Assembly: GCA_904063045.1 (NCBI GenBank)
Contig: CAJFCJ010000084.1
Location: 1-64,000 of the forward strand
Length of the DNA: 64,000 nucleotides
Origin: Dimorphilus gyrociliatus
Lineage: Eukaryota; Animalia; Annelida
Reading direction: 5' to 3'
How positions within the stretch are numbered: the first letter of the stretch is position 1; the number at the start of each line of letters is the position of its first letter. Of the stretch, positions 51,831 through 64,000 are shown one piece after another. The position numbers and the translations under genes are program-made. The notes under the pieces are model-generated. The model did not search any database and was not told the origin of the DNA. It worked only from the letters and a program-made list of their open reading frames with translations.

Positions 51831-53719
51831 ACTATATTTCTGATTGATTGTTTAGCAAAATAAAACATATTTTGAACTGAAAACAAATAGAAAATTAGAA
51901 TTACAAGAACAATTTCAAAATCATATAACAAAATGTTGGTAGTCATCAGAATTTCTATTCTATCAACTTTTTTTAATAGCAAAGAACATTTTCCAGTGTT
52001 GCAGTTTGTAAATACAGATTTTTGTCAACATTTTACAAGAGCTGTAAATTTAGAGGAAAATAAAAAGTTGGCTATTGATGAAATATTTTTTGCTAAAAAA
52101 TATTATGCAAATTGTATTCGACAAATTGTTAAGGCAATAGATATAGCTCATTCTTACTCTTTATCATTTGTTAATTTAGACATAAAAAATACTATTGCAG
52201 TGAATATAAGTGATATTTTCCTTACAATTTTTTTTTTAACTCTGCTGTAAATCACAATAATCTGTTTTTTTTTAAAGCATAAACATGATAAATATTACTT
52301 GATTGTTAAGCAATTTAAGGTTAGTGGAGAAATTTAAAAAAAAAAAAAAATTATTTTCATCCGTATCATGTTTATGAATATTTTTTTTTTTTTTTGTATC
52401 AAGATGTCAAGTTTTGCTGATGAAAAAAATGTTATCCTATGTTTTGGAAAGTTTGTTAAATTTATTCTGCAAAGAAAAGCAAAATTTCAACTTATCACAA
52501 AATCTTCTACACAAAAAGCTATAAGCTAAATACTTAATGAAATCAGAAATTGCATCCACTTTCAAAGGACTTTTTTTGTATTTTATCTCATTCAATTACT
52601 GCAATTGTTCTAAATTAGTAGTTCTTACCAGTAATACACTCAATTCCTTTCTTTCACTCTCTATTTTTATTGGATCTATCAAAAAATCCTTCACAATAGG
52701 ACTTTGATGAACAGTGTTAGGTTGTTAGGGTTTTGGGTTAGGGTATAGGGTTCAAGACCACTCACAAAGCCTAGTATTTCCTCTTACTGAAGTACCAAGA
52801 CAGTTTCTTTCAAAACATGCTATGCTCCTTAACAGATGTGTTGTTTCCAGGGGATTTAGTCACAAGTTCAGGGTTAAGGTTAGAGGATTTGTGTTGGGTC
52901 CGTGTAAACACTTAGGCTGTTATCGTACACTGTCGGCCTACATTTACCTCCGAGTACGCACCAAATTGTTACATTCCATTGACAAATGGAAAGCAATGTT
53001 GGTATTGTGCATATTATTAATGTAACACATTTTCATTTTTGCAATAATCTTCTACCAATATACAAATTTTTCTTCATAAAATAAAAAAAGGGTCCAATTT
53101 AAACTGGGTCAGATTTCAACTGGGTCTGATTTGCTTATTGTCTTTGATAGTAATACATAGACCCTATAAATAATGTGCTTCTATGTTCATTTTTCTAATC
53201 TAACCCAAACAACTTTCACATCTTTCCATATAAACATGGTAAAAGGACACATGCAATATTCATTAAAATATCAATGTATACAGGAGGGTTCAATTACAGA
53301 ATTGGTCCTCTCCATCCACTTCCAGATGGTATCATAGTGATACTATCTTCTAAAATAACCCTGATAAGTCTCTGCAAAGGAAGAGATGAAACCATCGTAG
53401 GTTAACAATGTTTGGTGCTTGAAAGAGTTCTATGTTGTGTGAGTACTTTGTTCAATTGGTAAATGATTGGAGAGGACGAATTTAATTAGGATGATCCAGA
53501 AGTTCCTACAATTACAATACAACAAAGTACATACTCAAAAAGAGAGAAACACTTATATTACCATTTTCATATGCAAAAGTTAAAATTGTTTGAAAACCAG
53601 TATTTATATTGCCAGATTGAAATTCTTTAACTTGAGCTTTGAGTTTAGGTGAATTTATCACCAATCCGTTCTTCAAGTAGAATTCAAGTTTCAAAGGAAT
53701 TCAATTTGACAACATTATT

Positions 53720-54692
53720 GCTATTATTGATTATTTTAATTGAATAAAAGTAAAAGGAATCCTTGAAAATGATTTCTAAAGAATAGGAAGATTTACATCT
53801 TTAAAATGTTTTCATATTCTCAGCCTAAACCCCATCTAAATGTAGAAAAATTCATTTAAAGTCATATTACCAACTCTGAAAGCATGCATATAACAAAAAA
53901 AGCACTCATTGGAGCTTTCTGTATTGAATATAGTCCCTTTTTCTACCTCTATATTGTTTCAGTTTGTTTGAGTGTTCATTTTGAGTATTGAAAAGAAAAT
54001 AACAGTATTATCTAGGGATTTGGAAAATCCTGGGATAAAGCCACCAATTCATTGATAAATTTGAACAGTTTCTATTGTAGTTTGTTGTCTCGTAATTGTT
54101 GAATTTAGTATGTTAAAATGTAGGAAAAAATCTATGGTTCTAACATTTTTACGAAGTCTTGACTCATTTTTTCCCAAAATTTTTGCAAGTTAGCCCTAGG
54201 ACAGTCTGAAAGTAATGAAATTTCCGTCTGACTAACCTAAAAAAACTACTTCCGTTTATTTTACCCCATGATCTAGACTTACCTAAAACCAAATCCTAAT
54301 TTCAAGTCCAATATTTGAATTGAATTTTTTAAAAGAAAATATTGTTGTGTTAATTTTGTTGATAAATTGAAAAATACAATTATAATACAAAGTGGATGTT
54401 TACAAAATTCTCTTAGATCATTACTACTTTTAAATAGTAATAGAAATTTTGTTTTTAAAAGTTTAACATAACTTTCATTATATCCTTTACATCTACAAAT
54501 TTCTTGTAAACATGATAAATTCTCCATTGGTGTTATACCATCAATTTTAAATATATAATCCAGACATAATTTTAGAAATGGAAATTTTAAATTTCTAACA
54601 AATATTAATTTTTTAACATTTCCATTTCTAAAATTATTGAGTAGTATATGAAATTTAGAATTAGGATTTTCCATTAATTCATTTAATTTCAT
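53720..54692 (-). pseudogene. NACHT/STAND NTPase (NLR-like) C-terminal subdomain relic
   Basis: KLIFVR (resembles LITSR), KGYNESYV, LREFCKHPLCIII (resembles LxxxPL), FFRNHFQGF (resembles FxHxxFQEF); no Walker A seen. Confidence 0.45.
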
Positions 54693-54696
54693 TTTT

Positions 54697-54810
54697 TGAA
54701 TACTGCATTTTTAAAATGATATATGCATCCTTGAATTAAAGTGTTTGGGAATGACTTTTGAATAGCTTTCCACAATGCAGCCTCAAAATCAATCACAACT
54801 TTAAAAAACA
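54697..54810 (-). mobile_element. MULE (Mutator) transposase fragment
   Basis: KVVIDFEAALWKAIQKSFPNTLIQGCIYHFKNAVFKK matches the DFExA...FP...GCxFH core. Confidence 0.8.
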
Positions 54811-55830
54811 TTCACCAAATTTGTTGAATTTTCTTCAGAAGAATCATCAAGTTCCATCAAACTTTCATTTCGAAATTCCAATGAAAGTTCAAGCTAAATG
54901 TCAAAATAAAATTTTAAAATAATAAAAAATTGAACAAGTGCTATACCTCTTTATTTCCAAATTGATGAACTGTTTTATCATTAACAAATGCCTTGACTGT
55001 TAAATGTTCAGATCCATGATGATCATCATTTTGCTGAAAATCCATTGCAGTTTCATTTTCATTGTTCTGTTCATTTTCATTTGCAAGTTCTTTATTATTG
55101 ACCTGTTCAGTCTCACTGATAAGATCAGTTTCACTGTCCAATTGATTTTCAGTTTTTCAGTTTCAGTAATTAGCTTATTCATTACAGGCTGATTTTGTAT
55201 TTTAAAATTTGATTGCAGTTCAAATAACTGAACCTGACATTTTCTTGTTTTAATATCTTTGCATAAATTGCAGTAACCTTGTCCTTTAGTTAAATAATAA
55301 TATATTGAATAAAACAAACCTTTGAGGTAAAATGTGTTACCGTAAATTGAGTGATATTTAAGAAGATTAGATTAGATTTTTACTTCCTTCCTCTCTGAAG
55401 ATTTCATTTCAATTTAAAGAAAGTGGAGGGAATAGAGAAAATTTAAAAATCTCAAAGTTTCATTTTTAGATTAATCTATAATTTGATAAGCGAATTTTTT
55501 TTATATTCAAATAGTATTTTTACTTTTTGTTAATTTCCATTTGGGAAAATGTTTCAATTTTCGTATTCAAACTCTCAGCAATAGAAATAATATGTTTATT
55601 CAAGTTTATAAAATAGATACATCTATCATTTGCAAGTAGGTATCTTCAATTCATTTTTGCCTTTCTCTTTTTTTTTTGAATTGATAATAAATATACATGC
55701 AGTTTGAGCATTCCATCAATTTGGCCAAATAAAGTCTTAACACGTGGTGTTATAAGTTATGGACTCATAATCTATCCTAAAGACCTTGGAGAATTACCTA
55801 CATATAAAGATGTTATAGCATATCTGTTAT

Positions 55831-55869
<39 letters not shown>

Positions 55870-55879
55870 TTGTTTGTGT

Positions 55880-57009
55880 TTAGATTATCCTAGATGTCCT
55901 GCATTTCATCTTCTCTATTCAATTTTTACCATAACTAATAGTTTTTATAAAAGAGAAGTAGAGTTTTCTATTACCTATGAAACTGGTTTGGATCACCATC
56001 TTCATCTGTATTGCGAGTAAAATAACTAATTTATTAAACTTGTTAAAATAAATTATAATCATACTTACTCAATTATAGAGTCTCTCTTCAACAAGAATTT
56101 CCACATGTAACTGTTGAAGGTGCCAATAGTACATTTATGACTTATGGTTCTAGTAAGTGAAAATAATGGAGAAGTTTTTGTTTTTTTTTTATCATTTGCT
56201 TGAAAAAATCTTTTAATTCTCTACAGAAAGAGAATACAAAATGTTTGCTGATGACTCAACACCACTTAATTATGAAGTCATCTTCATTTTTAACTGCACA
56301 GAAACCAATCTTGGGTTAAACTATGTTACTCCATATTCATTTATTTTTCAAAGAACTTCCTATACTCCAAGTTCAGCGAATGGTGACCCACATTTTGCTC
56401 AACTTGTCTATGATCAGTTAAATGAAAGGGACAGGTTGATTTGTTATGATATTGTTGGCAAATCTGGTCAATAAATTCAAATTGTCAACTTTAAAAAGCA
56501 GGATATTGAAGTTTATGGAAAATTATTAGATGATTACTAAATGCATGAAATGAATGTTTAGTCCAACATAGCAAATATGACAACTACTAGCAAAGGATTA
56601 TTCTATTCAAATAAAGAATTGTTGTTCTCTTGGAAGAGTAATTCTCTCCCAAACGAGCATCACCTTAAAAAGTTTATTGTAAAATGCACACAAGATAAAA
56701 TTGTTCTAACTGATGAAAAGACTTTCACTCTCATTATTGAAAAGGCTAGAAATCTATTCAATAAAGAGTATCTAAATATAGACATTCAAAGACATCAGAA
56801 TGATTATTCAACAATTGGAGGAATTATTGGAGAAGTTGGAAATGCAAAGTTTGAGATTTATGAACAAATTCAGAGTGGAGAAAATCGGTATGAAGATCAA
56901 TGATGTCCTAAAGGTGGGACAATACAAGAAAAGGAAAAATCAGCAATGTTTACTTGTTGATATAAGAGATATATTAAGCACTAATAAACTTTCCCAAATG
57001 ATCAAATGA
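55880..57009 (+). pseudogene. Gene with inter-alpha-trypsin-inhibitor heavy-chain C-terminal-like domain
   Basis: NGDPHFAQLV...LICYDIVGKSGQ and IGGIIGE; three in-frame stops between 56472 and 56576 and a frameshift near 56890. Confidence 0.65.
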
Positions 57010-57687
57010 GATAATTTAACAAAAATTGATCATGTTATAAACAAATAAACAAAATCCATAGATTAATTTGAGTAGTTTCAAGTAAATTCTTATGAGAAAT
57101 CTCTGGAAGAGAAGCTTAAATAGATAGTGGAAATGTAAATGCAAGTAAAGACACTTGATAAGAGTTTCCTGAAAAAAGTTCTCTTTCCCAATACATTGCT
57201 CTCTCTCATTACTCCTAACCTTTAGATATGACCCTTCTACGTGCAAATCAGCAATTGTCTTATTCTTACTAAACAGTTCATAAATGGGTACATCCCTTTG
57301 TGAATGATTTCTGTCTGTATTTTGTGAGTCTTAAAATGAAAAGAAAAACCAGATGTCACTACTGTATAATTGTGTAGACAAATCTTAGGATTGAAACTGC
57401 ATCTTTTACTTAATTTGATACGCGATGATGAAAGGTTGTAAGTATCAATTGTTGGAAGACTCTTGACCTATTTTACGGACACAATACAGACAAAGACATT
57501 TGGAGTAGTGTCTATGTTTGTTTTAGCAATACCCATAGACCTTCCATTTCCAAAGACATTGTTTAAGTAATACCTAGTTAAGATTAATGGATGAACTATA
57601 AAAGCAATGTAAGCTAATGGTAAATTTTTAATGAAATGAACCTTTAGCATTCATTAGATGTATAATGATTAGTGACTTTTCTTCAGA

Positions 57688-58438
57688 ATGGCATGGAAGA
57701 ATGATGTATTTTTCCTTATAATCTCTTGTTTGTATTTTTTGTTAGGAGTGTCTTCAAATCTATTAATTTTGTTCTTGTATTCTTTTCATGGAAAAACAAC
57801 AACTTTGTCTAATTACTTTATTAAGGTTTTAGCTTGCATTGACCTATTTACATGTTCCATGCTAGTTCCATGTGTTACTGCAGTTGAACTGTTTTCTCTG
57901 CATAATGTGATATTTTGCAAAATAACCCTTTCTCTGTGTTTTGGTACACTGACCTATTCTTTTTTGACTTCCATTTCAATAGCAGTGGAGAGATGGTTTC
58001 CTATTCATAAACCTTATCTTCTCAAAAGAAAGCAAGTAATTATCTTGAATATGATCAACCTATCTCAATGTTTCCTAGTTGGATCTTTATCTGCTAATAA
58101 TTACACAATAATAAAAGTAACAGACGACAAAGAAACAACATTTGAATATTTATGAAGATCACCAGATATACATAAGAAAAATAACAACTTATTTAACAAC
58201 CACTGGATCATCATTGGCATTGAACATAGCAATGGTATTGTATGTTAGCATATTTCGAGTTGTTTCAAGAAGAATGAAAGCACCTTTAGGTAGTCAATCA
58301 CTAAACAAATTACCTGATTCTAAAGTTCAACTCAAATCAGCATCTATGCTATTTGGTGTAACATTGTTATTTATTATCTGTTGGATACCAGTATATGTCT
58401 CATTTTATAATTTTAATGTAGAAGATTTCGGATTCTAA
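57688..58438 (+). pseudogene. Intronless rhodopsin-class GPCR, frameshifted and lacking TM7
   Basis: GVSSN, LACIDL, AVERW; frameshift at about 58150; TM6 FIICWIP followed by a stop. Confidence 0.8.
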
Positions 58439-58859
58439 GAGCAATACAGTTCAGGTTGCCATAGTACTCGATACTTTAACAAAGTTTGAATAAAATACAA
58501 AAAACCTATTACTTATACTATGAAATTAGAAATTTCTAAGGAAATAAAAGATGATCAGACAGAGAGAGAGAGAGAAAGAGAGAAAGAGAGAGTATGACAG
58601 TTGTAATTGATGAGTAAATTTTTAGAAATTAGGGAATAGAAAAATCTTTAATTCTTGCTATTTTTTCAACTACTTTTTGGACTATTCTAACAACACTAGC
58701 TACTTGATCATAGCCTCTAAACTTTTCAGAGCGTAGATGAGTTTTAATACAATAAATTTCATCACAAAGATGGGGGTGTTTGAACCCTAATTTTGCCCCT
58801 CAAAATTGAACTTTTAACATCTCTGATTGACAAATATGCTTTTTATTGATAAGAAAAAC

Positions 58860-59930
58860 TTATGCAAAAGAAATTTCACAGAGTTGAGAATTTTGTAGAA
58901 AAGCTACAATATATACACCTTCGCAGTGTCTCCCATTGCAATTGCAACTATATTGGCAAGTTTCCAAATTGGAAAATAACAATTTGCAAACTTTGAATTT
59001 ACCTTCAAATTTTATTTCAAATTGCTCTTCAATTGGTATATAAACCAATAAGTTATTAAATTCTCCATTTGAACAAGACAAATTCTTTCCATACACACTC
59101 AATAGAATTGGGGAAAGTGGCTTATTTACTCCTGGAAATGGATACCTTGACATGAATGGTAAAGATTTTGATTCTATACAAGTTGAATTATTTAAGTCAC
59201 TGAGTGCATTAGCAATATTTTTCTCACAAGTAGATGATGGAGGATGGAGTGCTGGTACAGACTTTGTGCATAAAAGCTTATTAAGAACATTAGGATTTCT
59301 ATGGCAATCAGACTGAGAATGGCATTTATCCATACCAACTGTAAAATATTTGCAGGACGAGTCAGTATTGCAGGCTGCTTTGCAAGTATTATAACTTGGA
59401 TTTGTTGAGACACTTGGAGTGTTTGGCTCAGTAGTGCAAGAACCAATTGTACAAGTAGAATCTGGAAAAGCATATCTATTATAGGAGAGGTAATTTGTAT
59501 GTGTTGTAGATTGTGTTATTAGCTTATTCTTAAGAAAGCAGTATCGTCCTGAATGTATATTTTTCGACAAAACAAAACTCATACAATTTGGCAGTTCAAG
59601 GCAATATTTTGCACATATTCTGGGATCTTTGGCCAAAGGGTCTGATGAAGCTGTTGAAGATATGTCAAAACCCCCTAAACTACCAGTTTTCACAGTAAAG
59701 CCAGGAACTTGTTGTTTTGATATAAAACATCCATAACTGGGATCGTAACATGCATATCTTTTTCTAAAATCATTTGAGCAATTATCAGCATGAATATCTG
59801 TGTCACCAATACGAATTCTTTCACTCTCATTAATTTCACATGCTGTCACTAAATTAAAGTCGCAATTGCATATCATTGGTAAAAGAAGAAGAATGCTCAA
59901 ACTCGTAAATATAATTCTTTTACAATCCAT
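58860..59930 (-). CDS. Secreted intronless protein: signal peptide, two PAN/Apple-like domains, Cys-rich C-terminal domain (356 aa)
   Basis: MDCKRIIFTSLSILLLLPMICNC; ICAKYCLELPNCMSF...CFLK; TCKAACNTDSSCKYF; C-terminal CQYSCNCNGRHCEGVYI...LCEI. Confidence 0.8.
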   Translation of the reverse strand: MDCKRIIFTSLSILLLLPMICNCDFNLVTACEINESERIRIGDTDIHADNCSNDFRKRYACYDPSYGCFISKQQVPGFTVKTGSLGGFDISSTASSDPLAKDPRICAKYCLELPNCMSFVLSKNIHSGRYCFLKNKLITQSTTHTNYLSYNRYAFPDSTCTIGSCTTEPNTPSVSTNPSYNTCKAACNTDSSCKYFTVGMDKCHSQSDCHRNPNVLNKLLCTKSVPALHPPSSTCEKNIANALSDLNNSTCIESKSLPFMSRYPFPGVNKPLSPILLSVYGKNLSCSNGEFNNLLVYIPIEEQFEIKFEGKFKVCKLLFSNLETCQYSCNCNGRHCEGVYIVAFLQNSQLCEISFA

Positions 59931-61689
59931 GCCAAAGTTTAAGTTAATGGTTTATTCTTGTAAACTGAGAAAAACCAGATGTTCAACTGGCATACAAAAT
60001 ATCAAAAATATCTCCTTATTAACATAGTATAATCATATGCTGTCTCCAGGGTTACATTGGGAAAACATCATCGTTTGCATATTTCACTTTTATCCCTTCT
60101 GAAAAAACTATGAGAATGATTGAAATGATAGTTTTTTAATTATTTAAATAGTTCAACATGATAAATAGATTAATTTCCAAACTAGTACAATATTCACTTC
60201 ACAATAGAATTGAAACAACAATGCCCATAACACTTTAATATTCTGCCAAATATTAACAATTTAAATATACATTTTTGGCTGATAAAAGAATGGGAAAATG
60301 CATCTACACTCTGAAAAGTTTAGAGGCTATGTTCAAGTAGCTAGTTGTTGATTGCCTCAATTTTTCACCAGTATACTTTCTCATTGTCTCAACGAATTCA
60401 TTAATTTTTTAGCATATTGTGGAAAATTTTTAATATATTCAATTATTTTTCTCTTATACATAGCTCTCAGTTCATTTTGACAATCTCTATAAACGAAAAT
60501 TAGGATTCGTTAGAAATGGGAATATATATGAAATTATAAAATATTAATTTGAATAGTAATAGTAGACAATACTTTATTCACACTGTACAGAATGAATTCT
60601 TCTGATAGGACTACATCTATTCGATTGCTCAAAATCTAAACAGACATTAACTGATTGAAAAGAATAGTGAGTTTTTGAATTTGTTCAATATTTTTGAATA
60701 AAAGCATTTGTGTCGTATTGCATTAGGTAATTTCATTACAACAGCAAATTCTATTGAAATATTAGTACACAGTTTATGGCTATAACGGAGGTTATTGGTG
60801 GGAAGGGAAGGGATGTCCTCCTAGTCTGTCCCCTCAGTTTCTCTCTCTCTCTCTCTCTGTCTCTTAGACAATACTAACATGAAATATTTCAGCTTAATTC
60901 TACTTTGCAGTTGTTTTAAACAGACTGAGGAATATTTAAAAAAAATACAAAACATTCCAATAGAAGTTGATATATTTTTAAATTTAATTGAAAATGAAAA
61001 GATTGTCTGCTAATTCAACAAATCAGTGTCGATACATTTTCAATCAAAATACTATTACAATGAATTTTAAAAAACACCATAGTTCATATTGCAGAAATTT
61101 CAAAGGTTTTCTCAGTTGTATGTTCAAAAATTGCCTTTTCAAACAGAGTAGTACAGTTCAAGAAGACCTTATAACAGAACTATGTAACAAAGATAAGGAT
61201 ATATTTTTGTGTAAGAGTAGGCCTACATTTTATAGGACTAATCACTAATCTTTGAAAATAAACCCTAAATAGCAATAGTGAAAGAAATTTAGAGTCAATT
61301 AATCTCACATAAAGAACTGTTTTTGTGATTTATCAGCAACACAAGTGACATCCACACAGGATTCTTGTAAAAAAAAATTCATGTTTAATCTCTAATTTCA
61401 TTTATTTTTTAGACAATCTGTAGCACTGATAGTCAAGATACCAAACCAGCTACCAACCAGAAAGAACAGGAGTCTTCCTCTAACACTTTCACTATGCTAG
61501 AATATTTAGGTTTCAGGCGAAGCTTGAGAGGCAGTGACTGAAAATGATTCAACAGAAGTTTCATTTTCCACATCATCCTCATCCTCTATACCACTTTCCA
61601 ATGGGAAAACTTTTCTTTCACAGGAGTCAGTATTCGTCTTATAAATAACACTTCCCTTTTTTCCTTAAAAAGAAAATTCCTGAATTTGT

Positions 61690-61800
61690 AATACCAAAAT
61701 CCTTATCATCTTCATGACATTTAAAACTATTAATTTTTCCAAGTGGCCATTCTTACTTAGGTTCTATTTGGACCAGTACTCTACCATTAGGTTTCATTCT
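61690..61800 (-). mobile_element. BEL/Pao-like DUF5641 relic
   Basis: MKPNGRVLVQIEPK*EWPLGKI resembles VGDLVLI...WPLGRI. Confidence 0.55.
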
Positions 61801-61984
61801 AGCGGATGTACTAAGTACCCTACAAGCTATGTAGGTGTGCACTACTTTGAATTTAATTTGTGGTAGAAGTGCATCAGTTTGACATTTTGCATTGTCTATC
61901 TGCAAAATAACTTCTTTTTCATATCTCACCTATCTTATTCTGTTCCTGGGTCAAAGATAACGATTGCTAATAATTTATTCAACG

Positions 61985-62225
61985 TAGGGGACAGTTTAAC
62001 TTTTTATCAATATGATCATACTGTATGGATTTCCTCCTAATTTTATGATCAAAGTGATAGACCAAGGTCTCATCGCCTTTCGCAATTTTCTGGAAAAAGG
62101 CTTTTCCCTCATTTTTAAATCTTGAAATGAGGCCGTGACAAGTCTCTACCTTGTATTCTTTCTGTTTTGATGCCAAGTCATATGGAATACACCAAGCAGA
62201 AATTTTGTGAATCTTTAGATTATAG
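61985..62225 (-). mobile_element. mariner transposase fragment
   Basis: KISAWCIPYDL...FFQKIAKGDETLVYHFD resembles WVPHEL...IVTGDETWVYHYD. Confidence 0.85.
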
Positions 62226-62227
62226 AC

Positions 62228-62318
62228 TATTAGACTTTGTGACATCCTGTTACTGAAGATAAACGCCAACTAGACTATTCACCAAATGCAAACAGATGAT
62301 TGGATATCAGCGACAAAC
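62228..62318 (+). mobile_element. Family A LTR internal fragment
   Basis: GACTTTGTGACATCC...GATGATTGGATATCAG matches 3605-3690. Confidence 0.75.
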
Positions 62319-62662
62319 AGTCCCCTAAAGAGGTTGGACTGTTTCATAATGGAACATCAAATTTTGTCGACAACTATTTAGAATAGAATGAATTTTATTC
62401 AATTTGTGTGAAATACAAATATGAAGGAGCCACTACTAGGTTGCAAGCAAACCAAAGATTTAGTATAATATATCAAAACTGATCTGTTCGCTGTTAATTT
62501 CACAGAATTTAAAGTATATACTTTTCCTAACAGATAATGAGCTTTAGCACAAACTATGTTAGTTTACAAGAAAGTTTAGCAAAGTTATGGTCCTTCAGGT
62601 GCTTAAACCCTAGTGAATATGTTTGGGTCAAATAAGAACACTATAGAAAAGTAATTTTTACC

Positions 62663-64000
62663 TCAGTCTACACAGTGCTGATCTCTTTCTACAGTCTCTT
62701 TTATCCATTGAAAATTAGGTCCAATCTGTGTAAGAGCCGTGTTCTCAGCTTTACAATTTTCAGGAGAGGAGGTAAAAGCAGTAACAGTTGGTCTTGAATT
62801 GATATTACAGTTTAGCGGAGTACCAGCAGTTTGCTTTTAGAGAAAAAAAAAGTTTATTCTATTTACCCATAGCTATCAAAAAACCTTGCAATACACGTCA
62901 TTCTTGCTCAAAACGCCTTCACCACATAAAGTGTTTGGAGGTTTAATCTTAAGTGCAGGACTACAATTGTTTGGATTGACAATTTCCATTTTCTTTGGGA
63001 AAAGCATATAAAGATTCTCTCCATAAGCTGTGGGAAATTTAGGGTTTTATGTGTAAGTGGAGGAATAAGCTAGTAAAAAATTTGTTTGTTGTATACCGTT
63101 TGCAAATCCAGAAAGTGTACATCCTTTTAAGTTTTGGTTAGTGTAATTATATGATGTTTCAGAGATGCATGCTGTCCTAAGTTTACTTGTACTATAATGT
63201 CTTATTTCCAATTTCAGTAATGCAATATCATAATCTGCAGGATTTTTCTCATATTTTGGATGAATAGATGTTTTTATCACAATACCAATGCTTTTCCCAC
63301 TACTCCTTTCTGGACCATAAAATACTTTCAATTCCTTTTGGCTAAAAAACATTAGTAGAAAAAATACAAAATTTTCTTATTTTGGAAGGACAGCTGTAGG
63401 GTTTTATGTAATAATGTTAAAATTATTGGTATGGATAGCTTTGTAATCCTATGCATAACCCCCAGACAAGTGGCATAAAACCCTTTATAGTTTTCTTTGC
63501 CATATCCAAAATTAATAAACAGCCTCAAAATAGGATCAACTGTCCAAGCAAAAAAAAAATAAACATACTTACCGAAATTTTTTCACACATGTAGCAGATG
63601 AAAGAACAAATCTCTCATGAATCAGTATTCCTGCACAACGGTTATAAGAAACTGAAATTGTTACCTATATTTTGAAGAATTTTTAAGTCAAATAAACTGG
63701 TTTGATATCTATGATACAAACAAGCCAAGGGAAATTATTAGTAAGTGTTATATTATCCTTCTCCCAAATGATTTCAGTGTTGTCCGTCTTACCACAAGAT
63801 GGATGATTTAGGCCAATAAGTGGTGGACTGGATTTAACTAAACAAAATTCTCTGTATTTAAAGTTATTTGTATAGTTTCTAAATATGTAAAATACCTGAC
63901 TCAACTGGACATTTAGAATATGTAGACATATGAAAATCATATAGTTTCAATAATTTTACATGGCCTATTTGTTTTACACTTGCAATCAGTTGGACATAAT
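62663..64000 (-). CDS. Multi-exon trypsin-fold serine protease homolog, catalytically inactive; 5' end outside window
   Basis: FPWLV, CAGILIHERFVLSSATC, IHPKY...YDIALLKL, TLCG, YCK|QTAGTPL, QWIKE; GT-AG introns of about 50-200 nt. Confidence 0.8.

Noticed and set aside
924-56576. Stop-codon reassignment or programmed readthrough explaining the in-frame stops
   Set aside because: Stops are a mix of TAG, TAA and TGA, co-occur with frameshifts and deletions, and intact genes end on the same codons.

Overview
AT-rich metazoan genomic DNA with short GT-AG introns and one 655-nt assembly gap (27581-28235). The gene families suggest a compact lophotrochozoan, possibly annelid, genome (inference only). 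The window looks like a birth-and-death cluster of receptor and recognition genes. It holds four GRL101-like LRR 7TM GPCR genes, three visibly carrying LDLa repeats plus degenerate SRCR-like and C-type-lectin-like N-terminal modules, and a fifth relic. It also holds an intact intronless RING + ribonuclease-inhibitor-type LRR gene with relic relatives, a NACHT relic, an ARM-repeat ORF, two PAN/Apple proteins sharing an unnamed Cys-rich C-terminal domain, tandem SUEL lectin exons, a Ly6-like/EGF gene across the gap, an ITIH C-terminal pseudogene, two broken rhodopsin-class GPCRs and a catalytically dead trypsin homolog. Mobile DNA includes one LTR family (a solo LTR with 4-bp TSD, and a copy with PPT and env-like tail), a second dispersed repeat family, and retropepsin, BEL/Pao, MULE and mariner relics. 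Many copies carry stops, frameshifts or deletions. No rRNA, tRNA or CRISPR array was recognised. All domain calls are by eye from motifs and no searches were run.
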